A stretch of DNA of 64,000 bases from Faecousia sp. (GCA_029257715.1 JARIAT010000036.1:10463-74462), one strand, 5' to 3'; positions 1 through 8,425 are shown, numbered from the stretch's first letter. Numbers and translations: made by a program. Notes: generated by a model not told the origin, from the sequence alone.

Positions 1-191
1 TAGACCACCAGACCCGTAACACAGACCGCAGAGGTGGAAGTAAACAGAGAGTTGAGAAATCCGGTCCATTCTCCGGTTCGGCTGGAAATCGGAAGCATCA
101 GCAGAATGGCTCCCAGCAAAATCACCGCGGCAAAACCGGTCAGAATGATCTGTGCCGAGGAAATCTTAAATTTATGTAAGAACGCCCACAT
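1..191 (-). CDS. TrkH/KtrB-family potassium uptake membrane protein (5' part; runs off the window edge)
   Basis: Manual translation from ATG at 191 gives MWAFLHKFKISSAQIILTGFAAVILLGAILLMLPISSRTGEWTGFLNSLFTSTSAVCVTGLVV, with the typical F-T-S-T-S-A-V-C-V-T-G-L pore-loop motif; GGAGG SD at 199-203 on the minus strand. Not in the ORF track because it is truncated. Confidence 0.88.
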   Translation of the reverse strand, partial: MWAFLHKFKISSAQIILTGFAAVILLGAILLMLPISSRTGEWTGFLNSLFTSTSAVCVTGLVV

Positions 192-362
192 AGCGAAACC
201 TCCAAAATTACAAAATTCCCGCAGGAAACGCAAATTTCCGCAAGAAACTGACAATATGCTTATTCTACTCCCGTTCGAGTAAAAGCGGTGTTAAGACTTC
301 CTGCCGAATGTTAAGATTATATAAAGATTCCGAAGGGAAAATGGTCTGTAAAGAAAGAAGGA

Positions 363-390
363 TTGACAGAGCCGCAGGGTTTGCTATAAT
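363..390 (+). promoter_or_regulatory. sigma-A promoter with extended -10
   Basis: TTGACA (363-368), 16 nt spacer, TG-n-TATAAT (385-390), directly upstream of the riboswitch. Confidence 0.8.
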
Positions 391-394
391 GCAG

Positions 395-456
395 ATGGGA
401 ATGAAGTTCTCCCACGGGAAACCGAAACCGCTTTTTTGGAGCTGATGACTTCTGTG
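395..456 (+). ncRNA. fluoride (crcB-motif) riboswitch aptamer
   Basis: GGGAATGAAGTTCTCCC...AAACCGC...GCTGATGACTTCTG matches the fluoride riboswitch pattern (GGNRAUGRNGUUCNCC...AAACCGC...GCUGAUGACNYCU), with P1 GGGA/TCCC and pseudoknot GAAGT/ACTTC. Confidence 0.9.
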
Positions 457-488
457 ACTTTGATCGCAGGGGACATTGGCTCTTTTTT
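440..488 (+). terminator. riboswitch expression-platform terminator
   Basis: AGCTGATGACTTCTGTGA pairs with TCGCAGGGGACATTGGCT and is followed by a T-run; it overlaps the aptamer 3' strand, as expected for an ON switch. Confidence 0.75.
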
Positions 489-520
489 GCGTTCAAAAGT
501 GATTTTTTAGGAGGAATTCT

Positions 521-1726
521 ATGTTAACATCCCTTGCGTATATCTTTTTGACAGGGCTTGCCATGGCGTGGATCAGCCAGCGCCTGCGGCTGCCCCGCAT
601 CATCGGAATGCTGCTCACCGGAGTCGTATTGGGGCCGCATGTTCTGAATCTTCTATCCCCAGAAATGCTTGGCATCTCCGCGGATCTGCGGAAAATGGCG
701 CTTGTCATTATTCTGATCAAGGCAGGGCTTTCCCTCAATCTCAGCGACCTCAGACAGGTTGGACGGCCGGCGATGATGCTGTCATTTGTGCCGGCATCCT
801 GCGAGATTGCCGCATATGTGCTGCTGGCACCCATACTGCTGCGGATTTCTCGGACAGAAGCCGCTGTGATGGGGGCAGTGCTTGCGGCGGTATCCCCGGC
901 GGTGGTTGTCCCACGAATGGTGCAGCTGATGGAGGAGCATCGGGGAACGGAGCAGCATATTCCGCAGATGATTCTGGCAGGTGCATCCATGGATGACGTG
1001 TTTGTCATTGTTCTGTTTACAACCTTTTGCTCTATTGCTCAGGGAAATGGAGCAAGTATTTGGGATTTTGCCAACATTCCAATCTCGATTTTGACGGGGA
1101 TTGCGGGCGGCGCAGCGGTCGGAATTTGTCTGGCATGGTTTTTTGAGACGAATGCTTCGCGCCGGCATTTGATCCGAAACAGTGTCAAAGTCGTGATTGT
1201 GCTGGGCGTGTCGTTTCTTCTGCTTGCGGTGGAGGATTGGCTCTCGGAAACGGTCGGATTTTCCGGTCTGCTGGCAATTATGAGTATGTCGATGGCGCTG
1301 GCTGCAAAATGTGTGCCGGCGGTCACTGCGAGGCTTCAGCAGAAATACGGGAAGCTTTGGATTGCGGCGGAAGTGATTTTGTTTGTACTGGTAGGCGCGG
1401 CGGTGGATATCCGATACACCATGGAGGCAGGCGCAGCTGCGGCAGCGATGATTCTGCTGGCACTGGTATTTCGCTGTTTCGGGGTGTGGCTGTGTATGCT
1501 CGGCACAAAGCTGAATGGAAAAGAGCGAGTCTACTGCATGATTTCCTATCTGCCGAAAGCCACTGTACAGGCAGCCATTGGAGCGGTTCCACTGTCGATG
1601 GGGCTGCCCTGCGGAAAGCTGGTGTTGTCCGTGGCGGTGCTTGCGATTTTGATTACGGCACCGCTGGGCGCAATCGGGATGGATACCTTTGCCAGTCGGC
1701 TTTTGGTGCAGTCGGATCATGCCTGA
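521..1726 (+). CDS. cation:proton antiporter, NHA/SLC9B-like
   Basis: 401 aa, about 12 hydrophobic segments; motifs AAVSPAVVVP, GASMDDV (DD) and PKATVQAAIG; AGGAGG SD. Confidence 0.85.
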   Translation: MLTSLAYIFLTGLAMAWISQRLRLPRIIGMLLTGVVLGPHVLNLLSPEMLGISADLRKMALVIILIKAGLSLNLSDLRQVGRPAMMLSFVPASCEIAAYVLLAPILLRISRTEAAVMGAVLAAVSPAVVVPRMVQLMEEHRGTEQHIPQMILAGASMDDVFVIVLFTTFCSIAQGNGASIWDFANIPISILTGIAGGAAVGICLAWFFETNASRRHLIRNSVKVVIVLGVSFLLLAVEDWLSETVGFSGLLAIMSMSMALAAKCVPAVTARLQQKYGKLWIAAEVILFVLVGAAVDIRYTMEAGAAAAAMILLALVFRCFGVWLCMLGTKLNGKERVYCMISYLPKATVQAAIGAVPLSMGLPCGKLVLSVAVLAILITAPLGAIGMDTFASRLLVQSDHA

Positions 1727-1775
1727 AAACGGCATGAAAATTTCGCTGGCATTGGCTGAGAACTCCGAAAATACA

Positions 1776-1811
1776 AAATCTGCCGCAGAACTTCTGTTCT
1801 GCGGCAGATTT
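1776..1811. terminator. bidirectional intrinsic terminator
   Basis: AAATCTGCCGCAGAAC-TTCT-GTTCTGCGGCAGATTT, a perfect hairpin between convergent genes. Confidence 0.85.
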
Positions 1812-1836
1812 GTTGATGTTACAGGAAAACCTGAGG

Positions 1837-3036
1837 TTATCGCAGGAGGTTGCCCATGAAGATGCCGTAGTAGTTTCCGAGGACATAGCCCAGTGTACCA
1901 ACGAGCAGTGCGGGGACAACCAGGCTCTGCCAGCCCTTGCCGATGGCGAGTGCGGCAGCAGTGGTGGGACCGCCGATATTTGCGTTGGATGCAATGACGA
2001 TTTCCTCCAGATTGAACTTGAAGAGCTTGCCGCCCAGGAAGGAAACCAGCATGTTGCAGCAAATGATGATGGCGCAGAACACCAGCAGCAGAGGTGCCTT
2101 GGTGATAATCAGGTAGATGGATGCGGGGACACCGATGACGGTGAAGAAAATATGGATGAGGAAAGTGCCGATCTCCTGCGCACCTGCAATGCCGCCGACC
2201 TTATCCGGCAGGAAGGTAGCCAGAAGCATGGTCAGGGTGGTCATAATCAGATACTTGTTGCCGATCAGACCGTTGAGCAGCGTAAAGAAGAAGTTGGTGG
2301 TAGGAATGACAGATGCGAAGAACTTCGCAATTTCATTGGAAACAGCGACGATTGCGAAGGACAGTGCCAGAGCCTTTGCAATGTCAATCAAAGCGACAGG
2401 CTTTGCAGTCCAATAAGAAGCGGCATGATTGTCAGTGGAGCCGGAAGCTTCAATTTCATCGATCAGAGGGTGGCGGAACTTCTTGAGGAAGAAGTTCATG
2501 GCAGGAATGGCAGCCAAAGTGAAGAAGTAAATGGCGGCCAGCAGATTATCGGCAACAACCGCGGCAGAAGCCAGATCGCCGGTAGCCTCAAAAGCATCGG
2601 TCATGGCGACCAGATTGACGGAGCCGCCGGTATAGGTGCCGATCATCATGGCAACAGCCTTGTGAATTTCGGGGATGTAGTTGCGCAGGGCATAATATGC
2701 AAGAAAGCCGCCAAGCAAGGTGCCGAGACCGGAAATCAGGTAGATTGCCAGCATACGGCCGGAATCCTTCCAGATCTTTTTGACATTTGCCTGAAACAGC
2801 AGCAGGGGAATGGCCAGCGGAACGACATAATCCCAAACAAAATCATAGGCAGCAGCCTGAGTCGGGATAATGCCGCAGTTGGACAGAATCATGGCACCGA
2901 CCAGAGCGATGACACACCCGGTGAGCTTGGATGCCCACTGATAGGTCTGCTCCAGCCAAATGGCACCGGCAGCAATTACGACCAGAATTGCAAACAATAC
3001 CCATGTATTGTCCGCACTGATGAAACTTGTAGCCAT
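1837..3036 (-). CDS. DUF819-family membrane protein (putative transporter), copy 2
   Basis: 399 aa, multi-TM; motifs GTYTGGSVN, VADNL and SNANIGGPTTAAA are typical of DUF819/YjcL. Confidence 0.8.
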   Translation of the reverse strand: MATSFISADNTWVLFAILVVIAAGAIWLEQTYQWASKLTGCVIALVGAMILSNCGIIPTQAAAYDFVWDYVVPLAIPLLLFQANVKKIWKDSGRMLAIYLISGLGTLLGGFLAYYALRNYIPEIHKAVAMMIGTYTGGSVNLVAMTDAFEATGDLASAAVVADNLLAAIYFFTLAAIPAMNFFLKKFRHPLIDEIEASGSTDNHAASYWTAKPVALIDIAKALALSFAIVAVSNEIAKFFASVIPTTNFFFTLLNGLIGNKYLIMTTLTMLLATFLPDKVGGIAGAQEIGTFLIHIFFTVIGVPASIYLIITKAPLLLVFCAIIICCNMLVSFLGGKLFKFNLEEIVIASNANIGGPTTAAALAIGKGWQSLVVPALLVGTLGYVLGNYYGIFMGNLLR

Positions 3037-3217
3037 AGTGTATACCTCTCATTCTTTTATTCTTTTTCAGTGTCAATCCGAAAGGATGCACGGACAGACC
3101 TGAAAATGCAGTATAACTTCATGCAGTCGATGGAATCCGAGCGTTCCGCAGCTGTATTCTTTTTGATACGGAAGGAGATAGAGATCCAAAAGAATGCACG
3201 GTTTGTTACAACTATCT

Positions 3218-3245
3218 ATTATATCTCAAAAAAAGGTGAAGTCAA
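3218..3245 (-). promoter_or_regulatory. sigma-A promoter for DUF819 copy 2
   Basis: Minus-strand TTGACT-16 nt-TATAAT; nearly identical to the promoter at 5729-5757. Confidence 0.65.
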
Positions 3246-3412
3246 GCGCAACTGCCTAATTTCACGGGACAGACAACTTGCGGTTTTGTTATTATTGATG
3301 AAAAATGGCAAAAATAAGGTAAAGAATATTACCAATTAAAACCAAATTGAGTGAAATAAGCACTTCTGAATCAAAAGAAAAAATTGAAACGGTTATATTC
3401 AAATATGGAAAA

Positions 3413-3450
3413 AAACACTTCCGCAGAACGTCTGTCCTGCGGAAGTGTTT
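3413..3450 (-). terminator. intrinsic terminator of the dipeptidase-DUF819 operon
   Basis: AAACACTTCCGCAG...CTGCGGAAGTGTTT hairpin with a T-run on the minus strand. Confidence 0.8.
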
Positions 3451-3464
3451 AAAAGGGGGTGAAA

Positions 3465-4664
3465 TTATCTCAGCATCGTACCGATAAAAATACCGTAGTA
3501 GTTGCCGATGACATATCCGAGGGTACCGACCAGCAGTGCCGGAACAACCAGACTCTGCCAGCCCTTTGCGATGGCCAGTGCGGCAGCGGTGGTGGGACCA
3601 CCGACATTTGCATTGGACGCAATAATGATTTCTTCCAGATTGAACTTGAAAATCTTGCCAAAGACAAAGGACACCACCATATTGATGCCTACAATGATGG
3701 CGCAGAACACCAGCAGCAGGGGGGCCTTGGTGATAATCAGGTAGATGGAAGCGGGCACACCGATGACGGTGAAGAAAATATGGATGAGGAAGGTGCCGAT
3801 TTCCTGCGCACCTGCAATGCCGCCGACCTTATCCGGCAGGAAGGTGGCCAGAAGCATGGTCAGGGTGGTCATAATCAGATACTTGTTGCCGATCAGACCA
3901 TGCAGCAGAACCAGGAAGAAATTGGTTTCGGGGATGATAGCAGCAAAGAACTTCGCAATTTCATTGGAAACGGCGACAATTGCGAAGGACAGCGCCAGAG
4001 CCTTTGCAATGTCAATCAAAGCGACAGGCTTTGCGGTCCAGTAGGAAGCGGCATGGTTCTCTGTGGAGCCGGAAGCCGCCATCTCGTCGAGCAGAGGGTG
4101 ACGGAATTTCTTGAGGAAGAAATTCATGGCAGGAATGGCAGCCAGAACAAAGAAGTACAGCGCCATCAGCAGATTATCAGCCACAACTGCAGTGGAGGCC
4201 AGATCGCCGGTAGCCTCGAAAGCGTCGGTCATGGCTACCAGATTGACGGAGCCGCCGGTATAGGTGCCGACCATCATGGCGGCAGCCTTGTAGAGCTCGG
4301 GAATTTGGCTGCGCAGGGCATAAAATGCGATAAAACCGCCAAGCAGGGTTCCGAGACCGGAGATCAGATAGATGGCCAGAAGACGGCCGGAATCCTTCCA
4401 GATTTTCTTGATATTTGCCTGAAACAGCAGCATGGGAATGGCCAGCGGGACCACATAGTCCCAAACAAAATCATAAGCAGCTGCCTGAACGGGGATGATG
4501 CCCACATTGGAAAGAATCATGGCACCCAGCAGCGCAAGGACGCAGCCGGTGACCTTAGAAGCCCATTTGAAGTTCTGCTCCAGCCAGATTGCTCCGGCAG
4601 CGATTACAACCAGAATGGCGAACAGTACCCATGTATTGTCCGCGCTGATAAAACTTGTTGTCAT
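3465..4664 (-). CDS. DUF819-family membrane protein (putative transporter), copy 1
   Basis: 399 aa paralog of 1837-3036 with the same motifs. Confidence 0.8.
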   Translation of the reverse strand: MTTSFISADNTWVLFAILVVIAAGAIWLEQNFKWASKVTGCVLALLGAMILSNVGIIPVQAAAYDFVWDYVVPLAIPMLLFQANIKKIWKDSGRLLAIYLISGLGTLLGGFIAFYALRSQIPELYKAAAMMVGTYTGGSVNLVAMTDAFEATGDLASTAVVADNLLMALYFFVLAAIPAMNFFLKKFRHPLLDEMAASGSTENHAASYWTAKPVALIDIAKALALSFAIVAVSNEIAKFFAAIIPETNFFLVLLHGLIGNKYLIMTTLTMLLATFLPDKVGGIAGAQEIGTFLIHIFFTVIGVPASIYLIITKAPLLLVFCAIIVGINMVVSFVFGKIFKFNLEEIIIASNANVGGPTTAAALAIAKGWQSLVVPALLVGTLGYVIGNYYGIFIGTMLR

Positions 4665-4709
4665 GATATGTACCTCTCAATATAAAATGACGTTTCGTTA
4701 TCAAGCGGA

Positions 4710-5693
4710 TTATTTCCAGACCTGCTTGAACACCCGGTAGAAATTCTTATAGCCGATTGCATCCAGCTCATCCTGATGGAACCCTCGCTGACGCAGCACA
4801 TCCAGAAGATTGCTTGCCTCAGCCTCGTTTGCGATGCCGAGACCGCTGGGGGAGTCGATATTGCCGCTGAATGCGCTCAGCGCATCACTTTCGAGATAGT
4901 CGTCAAAGTCAAAGCCGAGGCCGATATGCTCCACACCGATCAGATCCGCAATATAGCATACATGGTCGGCAAGCCGCTCCACGGTCTGATCGTCATGGGC
5001 TTCTGCGATGAATTCCCGCATACTGTTCATGCCTGCAAGACCGCCGGTTTCCGCGATTGCCCGGAGCATATCATCGCTCAGGTTACGCATATGGGGGCAG
5101 ACGGTTCTGGAATTGGAGTGGGATGCGATGATGGGGCCTTGCGCCAGATGAATCACATCCCAGAAGCATTTGTCATTAAGATGGGAGACATCCATAACCA
5201 TACCGAGATCCTGAATTCTGCGGCAGGCGCGCCTGCCGGTCTCCGTCAGACCGCGGTTGACATCACCGGGCCAGCCGGTGGCTAAGGCATTGGTTTCGTT
5301 CCAGGTCATCATGGCGTGTCTGACGCCCACCTCATGGTAGAAGTAATCGATCAGATCAATATCCTCACCGATCTGGGCCATACCCTCCATACCTGTGACG
5401 ACATTGATTTTCCCGGCTTTTGTGCCTTCTTCAAAATCGGAGAATTTGGTAACGTAGTTTACGATATCCCGGGATTCCTCCTGCTCCTGCCGGATGCTCT
5501 GCACAATCTGCCGGGAGCGCTTCACCGGGTCCTGATCGTAGGGGGGATCCATCCAAATTACAAAGATACCGCCGGTTACATTTCCTTTTCTGAACTTATC
5601 CAGATGATATTTTCTGAAAACATCGTGTTCGCCTTTGTCCACATGCTTGCATGTTACATCGGTCCATACGTCACCATGTCCGTCAAAAATCAT
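4710..5693 (-). CDS. membrane dipeptidase (peptidase M19, amidohydrolase)
   Basis: Motifs DGHGD, MEG, DVSH, ASHSN, RNLSD and GFDFD; start moved to the ATG at 5693 behind an AAGGAGG SD. Confidence 0.88.
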   Translation of the reverse strand: MIFDGHGDVWTDVTCKHVDKGEHDVFRKYHLDKFRKGNVTGGIFVIWMDPPYDQDPVKRSRQIVQSIRQEQEESRDIVNYVTKFSDFEEGTKAGKINVVTGMEGMAQIGEDIDLIDYFYHEVGVRHAMMTWNETNALATGWPGDVNRGLTETGRRACRRIQDLGMVMDVSHLNDKCFWDVIHLAQGPIIASHSNSRTVCPHMRNLSDDMLRAIAETGGLAGMNSMREFIAEAHDDQTVERLADHVCYIADLIGVEHIGLGFDFDDYLESDALSAFSGNIDSPSGLGIANEAEASNLLDVLRQRGFHQDELDAIGYKNFYRVFKQVWK

Positions 5694-5728
5694 TCTGTTA
5701 CGCCTCCTTTCAGTATTTACCAAAATTT

Positions 5729-5757
5729 ATTATATCCCCATAAAAATATGAAGTCAA
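5729..5757 (-). promoter_or_regulatory. sigma-A promoter for the dipeptidase operon
   Basis: Minus-strand TTGACT-17 nt-TATAAT. Confidence 0.7.
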
Positions 5758-6100
5758 GCGATTTTACTAAAATACCTAGATATAACAGATTCTGTTTTTG
5801 TATTATATATCCAAAAATAAAGCGGATAATGGGGATTTTTGGAGTCTTTTGCGGTTAAAAATGCAGGAATTCAACGAAAATCGGCAAAGAAATATTTGCT
5901 TTGCAAGTTTTCATGCTGCGCCCGATATGGAAAAACGACAATCAGATATTGAGATTTATCATTTTATATGGTACTTGAGGGGGAAGGGCAGGGGAAGACC
6001 CTTCGGCTGATTCAAAAACCATCGGCGTTTTATGTATGGGGTGTTTTTCTGACAAAAATTGACACATATGTACCATATTCGAGGAATTTTTAATTGATTA

Positions 6101-6129
6101 TTGACGAAAGATCGGAAATGCAATATAAT
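6101..6129 (+). promoter_or_regulatory. sigma-A promoter
   Basis: TTGACG-17 nt-TATAAT. Confidence 0.75.
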
Positions 6130-6134
6130 CAGAG

Positions 6135-6272
6135 AAAGAAATTTCTGAGTGATTTGGCGAATGTGCTTTTGGGTTCCATGCTGTGAAGCTTATGAAAGAA
6201 TCGGAAGCGTAGCAGAATACCGGACTGGAATCCACCTGCACTTTCTTCGTGGAGAGTGTAGGTGCTTTTTTT
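6135..6272 (+). ncRNA. candidate structured small RNA or attenuator leader (weak 6S-like motifs)
   Basis: Bounded by a promoter and a terminator; nested stems TGGGTTCCA/TGGAATCCA, TGCT/AGCA and GCTT/AAGC; no ORF with an SD. Confidence 0.45.
6233..6272 (+). terminator. intrinsic terminator
   Basis: CACCTGCACTTTC-TTCGTG-GAGAGTGTAGGTG followed by C and T7. Confidence 0.75.
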
Positions 6273-6370
6273 GCGGAGCGTTGGCAGAATGCGGTTTGAA
6301 ATCAGAATGACGTTATGTCCGAAACAGCAGGATGGATCGAAGGGAAAAGAGTAAACGGAGGATTTTTACA

Positions 6371-7297
6371 ATGAATAGAGAGAAAACGTTGGTTGTAATG
6401 GCAGCAGGAATGGGAACCCGCTTTGCCGGTGGAGTCAAGCAGCTCCAGCCAGTGGGGCCCAGCGGCGAGGTGCTGATGGAGTATTCCATTTATGATGCGC
6501 TGGAGGCCGGTTTCAATCGTGTAATTTTTATCATCCGACACGATATTGAGGAGCTTTTCGAGCAGACCATCGGAGCGAGAGTCCGCAGCGTCTGCCAGAG
6601 CCGTAATGTTGAGGTGGTTCTCGCATATCAGGAACGCAGCAATCTGCCTCAGGGGTTTGCCTGCCCTGAAAGCCGTCAGAAGCCTTGGGGAACCGGACAC
6701 GCACTGCTGTCCTGCGCCGGGATGCTGAAGGGCGGATTTGCGGTCATCAATGCCGATGATTATTACGGCAAGGATGCCTACCGCAAGGCTTCGGAATTTC
6801 TCGATGCGCTGGAAGAGGGAGCTGAAAACACCTACGGGCTTATCGGGTTCCGTCTGGGCAATACCCTCAGCGAAAACGGCGGCGTGACAAGAGGACTCTG
6901 CGAAACGGACGCAAGCGGATTTCTGACTCGGATCGAGGAGACAAAGAATATCCTAAAAACCGCCGACGGCGCAGCAGTGGATACAGCCGAAGGCAGACGG
7001 GCGCTCGACTGCGAGATGCCGGTATCTATGAATATGTGGGCCTTTACGCCGGATGCTTTGGGGCATTTCCAGCAGCGTTTTGAGGAATTTCTGTCCGAAA
7101 ATTTGAACCATCCAACAGCGGAATTCCTGATTCCTTCGGAGATCGGCCGGATGCTGGGGAAAAACGGCATTCGTGTAAAGGTGCTGCCCACGGACAGCCG
7201 CTGGTTTGGCATGACCTTTGCGGAGGATCTTCCGCTGGTACGGGATGCCTTCGCCCAGATGCAGGAGCAGGGAATTTATACAAGCCCCTTGCGGTAA
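6371..7297 (+). CDS. sugar-phosphate nucleotidyltransferase (NTP_transferase)
   Basis: Motifs MAAGMGTRF, KQL, KPWGTGHA and VINADDYYG; GGAGG SD before ATG 6371. Confidence 0.82.
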   Translation: MNREKTLVVMAAGMGTRFAGGVKQLQPVGPSGEVLMEYSIYDALEAGFNRVIFIIRHDIEELFEQTIGARVRSVCQSRNVEVVLAYQERSNLPQGFACPESRQKPWGTGHALLSCAGMLKGGFAVINADDYYGKDAYRKASEFLDALEEGAENTYGLIGFRLGNTLSENGGVTRGLCETDASGFLTRIEETKNILKTADGAAVDTAEGRRALDCEMPVSMNMWAFTPDALGHFQQRFEEFLSENLNHPTAEFLIPSEIGRMLGKNGIRVKVLPTDSRWFGMTFAEDLPLVRDAFAQMQEQGIYTSPLR

Positions 7298-7675
7298 GCC
7301 GATGGGAGGCTATGCCCTGCACCCTTGGGGAACAGGAGCAGAGCTTGTGCGGCTTGGAGCGATTACAGCAGTCGAAAACAACCCCATCTGCCGGAAAGCG
7401 GCTATCGTTTGGCGGGTGGGGATTTTTTGTGGCCGCAGATTGGAAATGCGTGGAGAGCTGTGGGAGCATCGGCGGCGCACCGCCGCCGGATCGGACATTC
7501 GGACGGCGTCGGCCCAAAATCGCAAGGGGCATTTGTTCGATAAATCAAATAATATTTCTTGTCAAATGCCCATAATTGATATGAAAAACATCAATTGCAA
7601 TCTATTTTGGGATATGGTACTATTACAGCGAAAAATATTTTTAAGAAATTTTAAGTTTTTAGGGGTGTGTTTTGA

Positions 7676-8416
7676 TTGCCAAGAATGGAAATGAGAGGTT
7701 TTGTGGATATTCATTGTCATATTCTTCCTCTTGTTGATGACGGTGCGAAAAATGTGGAGCAGGCCCTTGAGATGATTCGCATGGCCAGGAAAAACGGCAC
7801 CAGGACAATCGTGTTTACGCCCCATTACCGCGGCCCCTTCAAGAAAAATACACCGCAGCGGCTACGCCAACTGTTTGAAGGGTTTCAAAAATATGTGGCG
7901 GCGAGATACCCGGATATGCGGCTGTATCTCGGAAACGAAATCTATTACGAGCGAGATGTTCCGGAGCTGCTGTCCTGCGGACGCATCTTGTCGCTCAACG
8001 GATCGGATTACGCCCTGATCGAATTTCGGAGCAATACTCTGCGTTCACAGATCATATCGGCAGTTTCTGAAGTGACAAGCTATGGATATATTCCTGTGAT
8101 CGCCCATGTGGAACGCTATGAGATATCCCTGAAAGACAGGAGTCTTGTGGACGAGCTGCTTGAAATGGGGGCGCTGATTCAGGTGAATGCCGACAGCGTG
8201 ATGGGAGCACGGGGGTTCAGAACCAAAAGATTCTGCCGAAAGCTGCTGAAGTCAGAGAAGGTGCATTTCATTGCGTCGGATGCCCACGATCCGATTCGCC
8301 GGCCTCCGCTGCTGCGGGAATGCTTTTTGTATGTGCATAAAAAATACGGTGCGGCGTATGCGGCAAAGGTGTTTTATCACAATGCGCAGGCGGTTATAGA
8401 AAATAGAACGATATGA
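7676..8416 (+). CDS. CpsB/YwqE-type PHP tyrosine-protein phosphatase
   Basis: Motifs DIHCHILP.VDDG, TPHY, GNEI, AHVERY and ASDAH; the start could also be 7685 or 7691. Confidence 0.88.
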   Translation: MPRMEMRGFVDIHCHILPLVDDGAKNVEQALEMIRMARKNGTRTIVFTPHYRGPFKKNTPQRLRQLFEGFQKYVAARYPDMRLYLGNEIYYERDVPELLSCGRILSLNGSDYALIEFRSNTLRSQIISAVSEVTSYGYIPVIAHVERYEISLKDRSLVDELLEMGALIQVNADSVMGARGFRTKRFCRKLLKSEKVHFIASDAHDPIRRPPLLRECFLYVHKKYGAAYAAKVFYHNAQAVIENRTI

Positions 8417-8425
8417 GGAGATATT

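Noticed and set aside
1810-4685. Long plus-strand ORFs (1810-3339, 3459-4685) antisense to the DUF819 genes
   Set aside because: In-register mirror frames of the real membrane-protein genes, with no SD or recognisable motifs.
6170-6234. Possible ykkC/guanidine-type or T-box riboswitch
   Set aside because: Only short GGGTTCC and GGACTGG matches; the conserved 3' ykkC core and the T-box UGGN-ACC antiterminator motif are absent.
6161-6310. 49-codon Cys-rich ORF (MCFWVPCC...) across the orphan RNA
   Set aside because: No SD sequence, and it runs through a strong terminator; RNA structure explains the region better.
7218-7694. Cluster of short overlapping ORFs between the nucleotidyltransferase and cpsB
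   Set aside because: GC-rich palindromic intergenic DNA with no SD or protein-like signal.
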